The position numbers were made by a program, and so were the translations under genes. A model generated the notes under the pieces. That model worked only from the letters and a program-made list of their open reading frames with translations. It was not told where the DNA came from and searched no databases. Shown piece by piece: positions 9,821 through 19,468 of a DNA stretch of 48,194 nucleotides. Numbering within the stretch: position 1 is the stretch's first letter; every line of letters starts with the position of its first letter. The stretch comes from a virus (taxonomy: Duplodnaviria; Caudoviricetes), in IMG/VR virus record IMGVR_UViG_3300022670_000218, positions 1 through 48,194 of that record, one strand, 5' to 3'.

Positions 9821-11682
9821 TGGGACTGACTAATTTAATATTCAAGCTTAACGGCAAAACAGGACACGAGCCGGACAACTGGGAGAGTATAAAGCTGTCT
9901 GCATCATTTGTGTTTACGGACACCAATGATAACCGGATATCTGAGTCTGTGCAACCTAGTATAAATACTGATTTGTTTGTGTTCTCCAATGAGTCCGCAC
10001 GGGAATTTATTAAATACAGAAAAGCGGGGTTAACTGGAGGGCCGGGATTATTCGAAGGTATGCCATTTAGCATAGAGGCAAGTAACGACACGACAATAAA
10101 GGCTTTTAACGGATTCTTTGATTTTACCAAGGGTTACAGGGAAATAAGCCCCGTAGAGGTAGAGTGCAGAGTGAAAAAACTTGACGGTCTAAATTCATTC
10201 AACGATATTGCGCGGGTCAATACGTTTGAATTCCTTGAAAGTGAAGGGGTGTTTAAATTAAGTGACTACATAAACATTCCTTTTATAGTCGAGCCTTTGG
10301 ATGCAGAGGCTCAGATTGCAATGCTTGAACTTACTTTGGTTATGCTGATAATTGAAGGGGCAAGGCTTGTAAAGGAGATATTAAAAGATATAGGTATTAT
10401 TGTAGGTCTGGCAAGCACTGTAACCGGAATACCTGGATCTCTTGTATTAGCAGTACTTACACTTATACTTGACATTGCTTTTCTTATAGTTCTTGTATTC
10501 CAAATTGGAAAACTTGTAATAAGAATGGTTGCACTATTAGCACCTCCTGTGCAATTCAACAGGGGAATGTTTATTAAGGATCTAATTGAGAAAGCTGTTA
10601 ATCATTTTGGGTATGATTTTGAAACCGGGATAGATGAATTATCCATTGTTGCATACATGCCCGCAAAAGGATCTGGTGAGACAAAAATATTCAGGGGTGT
10701 ACCAAAGATAGGAGAACCTGGACAGACTGTTGCAAGACTTATTAATATAGCCCTTAAGATTGGCAACGCAAGGATTGGAATAATTGATAATACCGTACAT
10801 CTAAGAACCGATGCAGATCCGTTTTGGATTAAAAACAGTACGTACCAATTACCGGATGTAGGCAATATTGACGCGGACGCAATAACGTTGCAAAGCGAGG
10901 AATTTGTGCCTAATACGGATGAAATGTTTGGCTCAACAATAATCAGCCTCACGTCCGATCAGTCAGACCAGTGGACGCTATCAGATGATGCCGGAATAGA
11001 TTCACAGGCTATTAGGACTCCGAAATTCGTTGTTGATAAAACCGGAAAGAAGGTTTTGATAAAAGGATTGCAGGAAATCGTAATTCCTTGCGCTCCTGCA
11101 AGCCGTAAGTCAACACTTAATGAAGCTGAGCAACTTCTTTCTCAAATACAGAAGAAATTAGCCCCACTGATGGAGCAGGTTAATAAGATATACGGAAATC
11201 AATTGGGAGCCAATTTAAGCAATGTTACGGGTATACCACCATTTGTTCAGACCGTGGTTAATTACCTTAGCAATGACCGTATAGGAGCGGTAAGAATTAG
11301 TTCAAAGAGTTACAGCACACCAAAACTCGTTGTACTGGAAGACGTTTCTGAAACTTTAAAACCTGATTATAGGATTCCTCAGAACCATAGGGATTTATTC
11401 AGCGCATTAACCCTTTATAACAAGTATTATATAAGCGATTCATTCGCTAATGTTCATCCTGGAACAAGACAAAGAAGACTATTCAGAGGCAGGACTATAC
11501 CGTTTGTATTTTCTGATTTTTTAAAAGTAATAGAAAATTCTTATTTTGCGACAAATAAGGGGCAACGTGCTAAGATTGAGAAGTTAGAATGGGAGTTAGA
11601 CAAGGATGTTGCAACTGTTGACTATTGGATTGAAGAGCAGTATACGAACAATATAAAGGAACTTGTAATCAGCACGACATGA
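9820..11682 (+). CDS. tail tip / baseplate hub-like protein
   Basis: 620 aa directly after tape measure; long internal hydrophobic stretch. Confidence 0.55.
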   Translation: MGLTNLIFKLNGKTGHEPDNWESIKLSASFVFTDTNDNRISESVQPSINTDLFVFSNESAREFIKYRKAGLTGGPGLFEGMPFSIEASNDTTIKAFNGFFDFTKGYREISPVEVECRVKKLDGLNSFNDIARVNTFEFLESEGVFKLSDYINIPFIVEPLDAEAQIAMLELTLVMLIIEGARLVKEILKDIGIIVGLASTVTGIPGSLVLAVLTLILDIAFLIVLVFQIGKLVIRMVALLAPPVQFNRGMFIKDLIEKAVNHFGYDFETGIDELSIVAYMPAKGSGETKIFRGVPKIGEPGQTVARLINIALKIGNARIGIIDNTVHLRTDADPFWIKNSTYQLPDVGNIDADAITLQSEEFVPNTDEMFGSTIISLTSDQSDQWTLSDDAGIDSQAIRTPKFVVDKTGKKVLIKGLQEIVIPCAPASRKSTLNEAEQLLSQIQKKLAPLMEQVNKIYGNQLGANLSNVTGIPPFVQTVVNYLSNDRIGAVRISSKSYSTPKLVVLEDVSETLKPDYRIPQNHRDLFSALTLYNKYYISDSFANVHPGTRQRRLFRGRTIPFVFSDFLKVIENSYFATNKGQRAKIEKLEWELDKDVATVDYWIEEQYTNNIKELVISTT

Positions 11683-11894
11683 TAAATGATATTGATAAAT
11701 TCGGGGAAGCATTTAAAAAAGCGTTTGATTGTGCAAATCCATTTATTAACCAAATGGATGAAAAAAACGAAATACACAATCTTTTAAAAAACGGCATTGA
11801 AGCAATGACAAAAAATGATTTAGAAGGAATAGAGGCGTTTGAAAAAAACATAAATAAACTGGGTGATAAAATGAATAATAAGTACAGTCAATAA
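11679..11894 (+). CDS. hypothetical protein
   Basis: 71 aa with ATGA and TAATG overlaps. Confidence 0.5.
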   Translation: MINDIDKFGEAFKKAFDCANPFINQMDEKNEIHNLLKNGIEAMTKNDLEGIEAFEKNINKLGDKMNNKYSQ

Positions 11895-12832
11895 TGGCTA
11901 TAACAAAACAATTAGGAGACAGCAACGCACATATTGCGAACGGACTAACGACCAAACAGGACGTTAGTGTAATTACGCGGTCTGATTTGGATGAACTGAT
12001 ACCTAAATCCTTTGATTTAAGCCTATTTCAGTGTGATTATGTTGAAACTGTGTTCTCTGAGTTTGGTGGAGTTGTAGTTGATCAGTACAAGAATGATAAA
12101 ACGGATTTGCTGTTTGGGCTTACTTTAATCACGGACACCGTAGTAATTAAATTATTTAAAGACGGTATTTTTCTTCCTTTGGCAACATTGAACAATAATC
12201 TATACGGTACGTTTTTTCCACCTTCATTTTTCCCCGATCAGTTAAAAGTAGGTTTTCTTGCCGATTGGAATTTTATATTTGATGATTTTGGCCCGGGTTT
12301 ATATCATTTTACCGCAGAACGTGTTATTATTGGAGAAACAAGCACTAAAATAAGCCATGATTTCAGGTTAAAACTCTTCAGGGAAGAAGTTGCAGACAAC
12401 ACAATCAGGGTTGTTACAAAGCAGACCGGAGTGATTGAAGGGGGATTTAATTATGAAGGATTCGAATGGGAGGGACACATCAGGCTGTACGGGTTCTTTG
12501 GCAATCCTGAATACGAATTAATTGACGAGAGCCTAATTACTACAGGACGCGTTAAGACGCAGATTCAGATAAAAGTTAAAACAGTTTACACACTGAATTT
12601 AAAACTTCACCCTAGCAGTATAATGGTTCCCTTTATTAAGGATCGATTATTAGCTAATGAAATGACTATAACAGGATACGGACTATTTGATTATCTTGAA
12701 CGATACAAAGGAATTCCTGTTTATCCAGAGGGAATACCGGAATCAAATTACTTTGAAAGAAACAGCAACGGGAAGTTTGTTATAGCATTTACCGACAAGA
12801 AACAGACGCCAATTAAAAGAAGATTCACATAA
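11894..12832 (+). CDS. minor tail protein (putative)
   Basis: 312 aa in tail operon. Confidence 0.5.
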   Translation: MAITKQLGDSNAHIANGLTTKQDVSVITRSDLDELIPKSFDLSLFQCDYVETVFSEFGGVVVDQYKNDKTDLLFGLTLITDTVVIKLFKDGIFLPLATLNNNLYGTFFPPSFFPDQLKVGFLADWNFIFDDFGPGLYHFTAERVIIGETSTKISHDFRLKLFREEVADNTIRVVTKQTGVIEGGFNYEGFEWEGHIRLYGFFGNPEYELIDESLITTGRVKTQIQIKVKTVYTLNLKLHPSSIMVPFIKDRLLANEMTITGYGLFDYLERYKGIPVYPEGIPESNYFERNSNGKFVIAFTDKKQTPIKRRFT

Positions 12833-15800
12833 TGCCTACTTTATTAGAATCCATAGTATTTAGTTACGAGTTCAGGGGGTTTAGCACCGGAGGGGCCGAC
12901 ACGACTACCGTATTAAAAGCCAATGCGGGTGAAAAAGTGCGCGCCAATTTACAGTTCAGGGTACAGATTGAAAGCAAGGCGAATGTAGGAAACGGTGACG
13001 AGTTTTTAGTACAGACAATCAGCGGTGTAACATCTATTACCGCAAATACTGCTGATTTTGTTGCAGACGGATGGAGGGTAGGCGATGTATTTACTTTTAC
13101 GGATAATTCGGGGGGAGGTATAGGCGCGGCACCTGGTCAGATTATAACGCTTGTATCCGGTAATTTCATGGAAATAACATTGCTCGCTCCATTGGTTCCG
13201 AATACTTATGTTAATGTTGACATGCAGCTGACGACTGAATTGGACACGCTAAGGTATCAATATAATTTCACCCAAATATCAGACCGTAGTGATCTAATAC
13301 AGCAGATGTTGAAGTCGATTCAAGGGTTTGAATATAAAGGATTGACAGATTTAGCTTTTCATGCCGGCGTTGCTTTTGTTCCAGATCTTGGAAATACAGG
13401 TTCATCGCAGGCTAAAAGGAGAGCTGTATCTGCTAATTTTGTACAGTTTTTTGAGGTTGAGCATGATTTTATTATTATTCCTTCAGGAAAGGAAGATCAG
13501 TTAAATAACTTACAGACAAATAATATACCCGACCCGTACAGGACTGAAACCATACTATACAATCAGATTATAGACATAGGGGTGGGTAATGATAATTCAA
13601 GACTCCGTACACTTCCAATTAAGCGAAATACCACCGACTTTGTAGGTTGGAGAAATGAAAATTTTGACGGAGGGGTAAATGACTATGTGGTTGACTCTGT
13701 AAGCTATCTTAATGTTGCCACTAACGGGCCATTGGATGTAATAGAAGCCAAGGCAGTGACGAGGGTAACGGCAGTAATAAGCAGGGTTTCCGGCACATTC
13801 ACAATAGGAGACAGTACTATAGTTCACCATAGTTACTTACCTGTAGAATCCGCATATCAGTCTACGGTAGAGGATTATCAGACTGCATGGATTTACGAGA
13901 GTTTAAAAAATGATATTGACGCGGGGGCAACTAGCGGGACAGTTATAACAAACTATGAGGCCACTCTTGCGGCTAACATATTAACTGTTGTTTTTGACAT
14001 CCAATATACAGTGGCCCAATTGGCCCTTATATTTGATGACGGGGCTTATGATTTATACATTTCATTGGCAGATAATACCTCTTTGAATGCAGAAGAAAGC
14101 AACCGCGTAGCCCTTAATATAGATGCCGACAGGTTAACAAAGAATCCGGACATTGCCGGACTTGTGAGCAATGAGGTGATGCACTTTTACAACCACCCTC
14201 TTGACTTTGTGGACGGGGTAAGCACAGGGTTTACAAGCCTTCAAACATGGATTGAGGAAGGAATTATGCTATCAGGATTCTTTTTTATTGAAGGTTCAGG
14301 ACGGGCCAATGTAGTAGAGAGCCTATCAATAGAATTGATAGCAGAAGACACGGTAACGGGTGAAATATTTGTTATTAAATCAGATACCGTACCCACAATT
14401 ACACAGACATTTATTCAGGAAGGAAGCGATACCGTGCAGGTATTAGAACTAGAAAGCGAAAGAGGTTTTTTACTTCCCCCAAATGATCAATTTAACAACC
14501 TGAATATAGAAAATGGAATATTCGCCGCCGGAGCACAGGAATATAAATACCAGATTGGGTTAAAAATAACCTGGCAGGATTGGGAGAAATTACAGAGTGC
14601 GCCTGGTAAATTTTTCGATACATCCAAGCTGAACAACGGATTAAACAAGAAGTCTGATAATTATGATGACTCTATATTGACTTCACAAATTAAATACAGG
14701 CAGGTTCTCAGGGTAAACAAAGGCGGAATTATTACTACCTATAATGCTTTAACTCCTGTATTCAGGGTTTTTGATTACGAAAAAGACATAAATGTAACAC
14801 CTGATTTTACGGGGGAGGTCACTATCAAGGATAAAAACGGAAACCCTATTTCTGATAATTTAATTCAAAATGAAAACAGCGAAGTTACCGTCACGTTTGA
14901 TGACGGAGAAACAAAAATAAGTCCAACTAATTTCGAAGCTGTAGTAAGGATACAGGTAAAACAACAAGGAACTGAAGACAGCATTCATGAGATTAGTTCA
15001 TTACGGGGTGTTTTATCGGGCGATATACTTAAACCGCTTTCAGGCGAGATCCAATTGCAGAAATCTATAGTTTCCGGCAATTACACTGTTAAATGTTTAA
15101 CTGACGGATTACAGTTATCAACAGCAGATCAAAGCATTAGTTGCCGTCTTTATAACGGAATTAAAGAATCACTCTTATTTGATGGCACTAATGAACGGGT
15201 AGACCATGGTTCATTTAGCGGCCTTACGTTTGCTCGAACCGAAGCATTCTCTTATGAATATTGGATACATTTAAACGCAACTGGTATATTGCAAATAGTT
15301 GCCTCTAATCAAGTTCCTTTGCCAAGTCCTTCAGGATTTTTTACTGCGGTGACTTCAGGAGATAAGATTATATTTTATTTACAGGGAGACGAGGCTCCGG
15401 TGGCTAGGATACAGGTTGAAACTACTTCTGCAACGCTATCAGTCTCTACGTGGACGCATGTTGCTGTTACTAAATCAACGGCAACGGCGGCAAGCAGTGT
15501 AAAAATATACATTGACGGGATCTCGGTGAGCTTAACGACCACTTTTGATAGTTTGGGTGTTGACCCTGCTGTTGACGACCTGACGGTAGGAGCCAGAGAA
15601 AGGACAGTATTTCAAAACTTCCTTGATGCGAACCTTAAGGGACTGGCGTTTTGGGACAAAGAGTTAAGTGCGGCAGAGGTAACTGAATCGTATAATAGCG
15701 GGTGTCCTCTTAACTTAAATTCACATAGCGCATCATCTAATTTGGTGAGTTGGTTCCCTATAGACGGTGATACAATTGCAGAAATAAGAGACCAGGCATC

Positions 15801-15876
15801 AGGAGGAACCAACGATGGAACGCCTGTAAATATGGATTCAACGAACATTACAAAAGAAGCACCATCACCATGTTAA
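12832..15876 (+). CDS. large tail protein with C-terminal LamG/concanavalin-A-like domain (putative receptor-binding)
   Basis: 1014 aa; SLLFDGTNERVD, WTHVAVT, KIYIDG, LAFWDKELSAAEV are LamG-like hallmarks. Confidence 0.75.
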   Translation: MPTLLESIVFSYEFRGFSTGGADTTTVLKANAGEKVRANLQFRVQIESKANVGNGDEFLVQTISGVTSITANTADFVADGWRVGDVFTFTDNSGGGIGAAPGQIITLVSGNFMEITLLAPLVPNTYVNVDMQLTTELDTLRYQYNFTQISDRSDLIQQMLKSIQGFEYKGLTDLAFHAGVAFVPDLGNTGSSQAKRRAVSANFVQFFEVEHDFIIIPSGKEDQLNNLQTNNIPDPYRTETILYNQIIDIGVGNDNSRLRTLPIKRNTTDFVGWRNENFDGGVNDYVVDSVSYLNVATNGPLDVIEAKAVTRVTAVISRVSGTFTIGDSTIVHHSYLPVESAYQSTVEDYQTAWIYESLKNDIDAGATSGTVITNYEATLAANILTVVFDIQYTVAQLALIFDDGAYDLYISLADNTSLNAEESNRVALNIDADRLTKNPDIAGLVSNEVMHFYNHPLDFVDGVSTGFTSLQTWIEEGIMLSGFFFIEGSGRANVVESLSIELIAEDTVTGEIFVIKSDTVPTITQTFIQEGSDTVQVLELESERGFLLPPNDQFNNLNIENGIFAAGAQEYKYQIGLKITWQDWEKLQSAPGKFFDTSKLNNGLNKKSDNYDDSILTSQIKYRQVLRVNKGGIITTYNALTPVFRVFDYEKDINVTPDFTGEVTIKDKNGNPISDNLIQNENSEVTVTFDDGETKISPTNFEAVVRIQVKQQGTEDSIHEISSLRGVLSGDILKPLSGEIQLQKSIVSGNYTVKCLTDGLQLSTADQSISCRLYNGIKESLLFDGTNERVDHGSFSGLTFARTEAFSYEYWIHLNATGILQIVASNQVPLPSPSGFFTAVTSGDKIIFYLQGDEAPVARIQVETTSATLSVSTWTHVAVTKSTATAASSVKIYIDGISVSLTTTFDSLGVDPAVDDLTVGARERTVFQNFLDANLKGLAFWDKELSAAEVTESYNSGCPLNLNSHSASSNLVSWFPIDGDTIAEIRDQASGGTNDGTPVNMDSTNITKEAPSPC

Positions 15877-16151
15877 GAAGACGCTTTATAATGGACAAAT
15901 CGCAGGCTCAAAATGAGGACTATCTGGACGCGCTAAAGATGTGCATAGGTCTTGATTCTACGCAACGTCTTAGCATTCCTAAAACCCAACTGTATATTAA
16001 AACAACTCAAAAGGAGATAGACATAATGCTTGAAAAATATCCTGAGTATACATTGGATGAAATAATGGCGGCAACTTTTACCGTAGAGCAGACTTATGAA
16101 GGAATTAAAATCATTTTAATCGGCCCAGATTGGCAAACAGAAGGAATATAA
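15870..16151 (+). CDS. hypothetical protein
   Basis: 93 aa after tail protein. Confidence 0.5.
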   Translation: MLRRRFIMDKSQAQNEDYLDALKMCIGLDSTQRLSIPKTQLYIKTTQKEIDIMLEKYPEYTLDEIMAATFTVEQTYEGIKIILIGPDWQTEGI

Positions 16152-16152
16152 T

Positions 16153-16449
16153 ATGGACGTAACTGAAATACTGGCAATTGGAGGAACATCAACAACGGTT
16201 GCAGGAGGCACGCTTTGGGGATTTGTTAAAATGTGGTACAAGCTTAATGAGGGGGTTACTCTTCTTAAGCAGAGAATTCACTATCTGGAATCACAGTGCA
16301 AGACATTTAAGGGTGAAATAGACAAGATCGAAACGGATATAAACAACAAACACGACGTATTATCGGAAAAATTCAACCATCTTGAGCTTAAGATTGAGCA
16401 AAATAAATCTGAGATCATCAGGGAGATTCACGAATTAATGCGTAAATGA
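16153..16449 (+). CDS. holin-like / membrane-anchored coiled-coil protein
   Basis: Hydrophobic N-terminus then coiled coil; lysis-module position. Confidence 0.4.
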   Translation: MDVTEILAIGGTSTTVAGGTLWGFVKMWYKLNEGVTLLKQRIHYLESQCKTFKGEIDKIETDINNKHDVLSEKFNHLELKIEQNKSEIIREIHELMRK

Positions 16450-16679
16450 TAAGTGAAATTAACGTAATTCCACAAGAGCAGTTTAACCTGTTCGACATCG
16501 CCTATAAACACGGTGGAAGGGATCGCACAATGATGCAGAAGCGTACTGAATTAATCCAGTACCTAATGATAAAAGACGGTTCTTCGATGAACAGGGCCGA
16601 TGCAGATTTTGAAAAGATTATGTCCGTAGAACAGGATTATACCGATTTTTTCAAAGAATTCCTTGAAAACTACCACTGA
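16446..16679 (+). CDS. hypothetical protein
   Basis: 77 aa, last ORF of the late operon. Confidence 0.5.
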   Translation: MISEINVIPQEQFNLFDIAYKHGGRDRTMMQKRTELIQYLMIKDGSSMNRADADFEKIMSVEQDYTDFFKEFLENYH

Positions 16680-16693
16680 TTTAACTATATTCG
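16662..16693 (+). promoter_or_regulatory. Bacteroidota-type promoter for putative sRNA
   Basis: CTTG (16662) N20 TATATTCG (16686), one mismatch in each box. Confidence 0.5.
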
Positions 16694-16698
16694 TATGG

Positions 16699-16766
16699 CA
16701 AATCAATCTTAGCATTGTATTTCATAGTTGTAAAAAAGCCCGTTCATTAATTTGGATGGGCTTTTT
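16699..16766 (+). ncRNA. putative small RNA antisense to early-gene start codons
   Basis: Lies between promoter and terminator; TTGTATTTCATAGTTGTA is complementary to many AACTATGAA start contexts; 5' end estimated. Confidence 0.5.
16732..16766. terminator. bidirectional intrinsic terminator
   Basis: AAAAAAGCCCGTTCA-ttaatt-TGGATGGGCTTTTT. Confidence 0.8.
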
Positions 16767-16832
16767 GCGTTATCTGCAAATCTTTTTGTTGAAATAAATT
16801 AGAAATATACACTACAACAGTAACCTTTTAAC

Positions 16833-16840
16833 TACATTTG
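16833..16840 (+). promoter_or_regulatory. early promoter -7 box
   Basis: TACATTTG matches TAnnTTTG upstream of first early ORF. Confidence 0.6.
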
Positions 16841-16878
16841 TCGTATACAATAATAAGAGACAACAAAAATTTATCACC

Positions 16879-17064
16879 ATGAAAACTGAAACTAGATTTA
16901 ACGAAGTATTTGAAAAATTAAACAAAAAGTTTAAAAGAGCAACTGAAGAAGGTAAAGACTCTTTAGTAAGCGAATTAAAGAGTTGGTGTCGATCTAATAA
17001 GGCTGATGAAACCGGAAAATTAGACGCTATCCATTGCTTCTTAGCTGATAATAATATTTTTTAA
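16879..17064 (+). CDS. hypothetical protein
   Basis: 61 aa, first ORF after early promoter. Confidence 0.55.
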   Translation: MKTETRFNEVFEKLNKKFKRATEEGKDSLVSELKSWCRSNKADETGKLDAIHCFLADNNIF

Positions 17065-17084
17065 AATAAAATAATTAACAAAAA

Positions 17085-17273
17085 ATGACAACATCAGACA
17101 GGATAAGAATGGGTTGCTTAATATCCAGAATATCCCAAAAAGAATTAGCTGAAAAAACAGGATATCATCCTGGATCAGTTCGGGACGCTATAAGCAAGAA
17201 CAAATTTTCGTTCAAAATGCTTGTTAAGATTGAGGAAATACTTGGCGAGGATTTAGGATCTAAAGAATTATAA
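17085..17273 (+). CDS. Cro/XRE-family HTH regulator
   Basis: ISQKELAEKTGYHPGSVRDAI HTH and MLVKIEEILG helix; 62 aa. Confidence 0.75.
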   Translation: MTTSDRIRMGCLISRISQKELAEKTGYHPGSVRDAISKNKFSFKMLVKIEEILGEDLGSKEL

Positions 17274-17293
17274 AATCAACTAAAAATAAAACT

Positions 17294-17650
17294 ATGAAAC
17301 ACAACTTTGAAATAACGGAAAAACTCCCGATTGAGTTTAAAAAGAAATGGGTTGAAGCCCTTAGAAGTGGAAAATATAAACAGGGAAAGGGTGCGTTACA
17401 TAGGCGTAACTGCTTTTGTTGTCTTGGAGTTGTATGTATGTTATTTGACATAAGCCCAACTCAATTGGGAGAAGCAGGTTATATTCAAAATAGAGATGAC
17501 AAGTATACAGTTGATGCTGATGTTTCGATGATTCCGGATTTAATCAAGGGTGATAATATAGAAAATGAAATTGTTACATTTATAAGCAATAGCAATGATT
17601 CTGGTTCAACATTCGAAGAAATAGCAGACTGGATTGAAATTAACTTATAA
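17294..17650 (+). CDS. hypothetical phage protein
   Basis: KKWVEALRSGKYKQGKG..CCLGV..NDSG.TFEEIADWIE, a recurring phage family pattern (recall). Confidence 0.65.
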   Translation: MKHNFEITEKLPIEFKKKWVEALRSGKYKQGKGALHRRNCFCCLGVVCMLFDISPTQLGEAGYIQNRDDKYTVDADVSMIPDLIKGDNIENEIVTFISNSNDSGSTFEEIADWIEINL

Positions 17651-17662
17651 CTAAAAATAACT

Positions 17663-17911
17663 ATGAAATACAAAATTATCAGATTCGAAAACGGCAGTGT
17701 ATCCTACTGCCTTATGAGTGAAAAGGTATCAGGAGATGTTATAGGTATCGCGTCAACACACGAACAAGCACAGGCAATGGTTGAAACCAACATGTTCAGC
17801 GTAAAGGTAAGACTAGCGGCATATTTACACGGCCTCAAATTATGGGACTATTTGGACAGGGAAAGAGCCAAAGCAATCGCCAAAGACGTAAATTTTGCAC
17901 TCGTAAATTAA
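17663..17911 (+). CDS. hypothetical protein
   Basis: 82 aa, AACT-ATG start context. Confidence 0.55.
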   Translation: MKYKIIRFENGSVSYCLMSEKVSGDVIGIASTHEQAQAMVETNMFSVKVRLAAYLHGLKLWDYLDRERAKAIAKDVNFALVN

Positions 17912-17916
17912 GAGAT

Positions 17917-18186
17917 ATGAAATTCAACCACATACAAAAGTGGACTAATGAGGAAATCCTGCTATTGGACAGAGAAGATTATCAGTATAAAGTTAAGAGC
18001 GTTAAACTTCTTGAAATGATGTTGGTGGATAGTTCAGATTTCAGTGGCCGTGAATTGGATTTTATAGACAATTATGGATGGAATCAATACAACATAAAGT
18101 TTAACAACGCTTTGATTGACGAGTTGAATTTTATGAGTAACCATGATCCTGAATTCTTCAAATTTATATTCATTAAAATAAACTGA
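17917..18186 (+). CDS. hypothetical protein
   Basis: Start moved to ATG 17917, just after previous stop. Confidence 0.5.
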   Translation: MKFNHIQKWTNEEILLLDREDYQYKVKSVKLLEMMLVDSSDFSGRELDFIDNYGWNQYNIKFNNALIDELNFMSNHDPEFFKFIFIKIN

Positions 18187-18188
18187 TT

Positions 18189-19094
18189 ATGAGTAATTTA
18201 CAAAAAATAAGCACATTCGACAACATAAAAGACAGGTTTGTACAGCTTGTAGACGAAACCACATTCTTAAAAGAAGCATCATTTGCAGTTCAGGCGTTTA
18301 ATAAAAATAAATACCTTAATAAATCGACAGACGCTAGTAAGTTACTTGCGGTTATGAACGTAGCACAGACAGGTCTAAGCCTTAATCCTGTGTTAAAATA
18401 CGCATATCTGGTTCCTAGATGGAACGCTACAATCAGTCAGGTTGAGTGTCACTTGGAACCAGGATATCAGGGATTAGTTAAGTTGGTAACAGATACCGGA
18501 AGCGCAAAAACTATTTACTGTTATCCTGTTTATGAAGGTGATGAATTTGAGGAAATACTTGGAACATCTGTAGAGATTATTCACAAACCTAAACGAAAAA
18601 CGACTATTCTGGAAAAGGTTTATGCGGTGGCAATTCTTCATGATGGAACAAAGCAAGTTGAAGTAATGACCTCTGAGCAGATAAATAATATACGTGATAA
18701 ATCAGAAAGCTACAAGGCATTTAAATCTGGCAAATCAAAAACCGCTATTTGGGAAACAGATTATGATGAAATGTCACGTAAAACGGTGCTTAGAAGAATA
18801 GTTAAATACCTTCCTAAGACCGAGCGTTATGAAAGGCTTGCAAAAGCGATTGATTTAGATAATTTCGATTATAAAATAACACCTGGACAGGAGGAATTAA
18901 TTTACACTTTAATCAGGACTAGTGCATTAAGTGAAGATCAAAAATTAGTGATTGAAAGCGATATTGATATCATGACTGCCGAGCGCGCAGGCGAAGTGCT
19001 ACAATACCTTAAAGACAATCAACTGGATGCCATCAGCGCAGGCAATCCTTACAGCGCAAAAGACATCCAAAATAAATTAGCAAACGAGCAATGA
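18189..19094 (+). CDS. recT: RecT-family single-strand annealing protein
   Basis: AQTGLSLNPVLKYAYLVP, GYQGLVKL, VYEGDEF, W.TDYDEMSRKTVLRRIVKYLP motifs. Confidence 0.88.
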   Translation: MSNLQKISTFDNIKDRFVQLVDETTFLKEASFAVQAFNKNKYLNKSTDASKLLAVMNVAQTGLSLNPVLKYAYLVPRWNATISQVECHLEPGYQGLVKLVTDTGSAKTIYCYPVYEGDEFEEILGTSVEIIHKPKRKTTILEKVYAVAILHDGTKQVEVMTSEQINNIRDKSESYKAFKSGKSKTAIWETDYDEMSRKTVLRRIVKYLPKTERYERLAKAIDLDNFDYKITPGQEELIYTLIRTSALSEDQKLVIESDIDIMTAERAGEVLQYLKDNQLDAISAGNPYSAKDIQNKLANEQ

Positions 19095-19288
19095 AAGCAT
19101 TTTTAAAACTAACGACCGCACAGCAGATAGAGTTTGTTGATAATAGCGAAAATGAGCCGTTCTGGCTTGAAAGGATGCGCACAGCGATAGAGAAGAACGC
19201 GCCCCAATGTGTTACGTTTGACAAGGAATTATTGGGAGTATACTGGGCAATTAAAAGCAGGGAAACTACATGTCAGGAACAAGAATAG
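19091..19288 (+). CDS. hypothetical protein
   Basis: 65 aa, ATGA overlap with recT. Confidence 0.5.
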   Translation: MKAFLKLTTAQQIEFVDNSENEPFWLERMRTAIEKNAPQCVTFDKELLGVYWAIKSRETTCQEQE

Positions 19289-19464
19289 CGGTTTACGAAA
19301 AGCCTGCTGAACTTATGGAGAACAACCCAAAAGAGCGAATGAAATCAAGCAACCAAAGGGTTGAGGTATTGAGCATTGGGAAACTTCATTGTTGGATACG
19401 GCCTATTGGCAGCGGAATTTGCGGATTTAAAACATTTACCAAATACTTAACTTTTGAAAAATAA
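19270..19464 (+). CDS. hypothetical protein
   Basis: 64 aa in operon. Confidence 0.45.
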   Translation: MSGTRIAVYEKPAELMENNPKERMKSSNQRVEVLSIGKLHCWIRPIGSGICGFKTFTKYLTFEK

Positions 19465-19468
19465 CATT

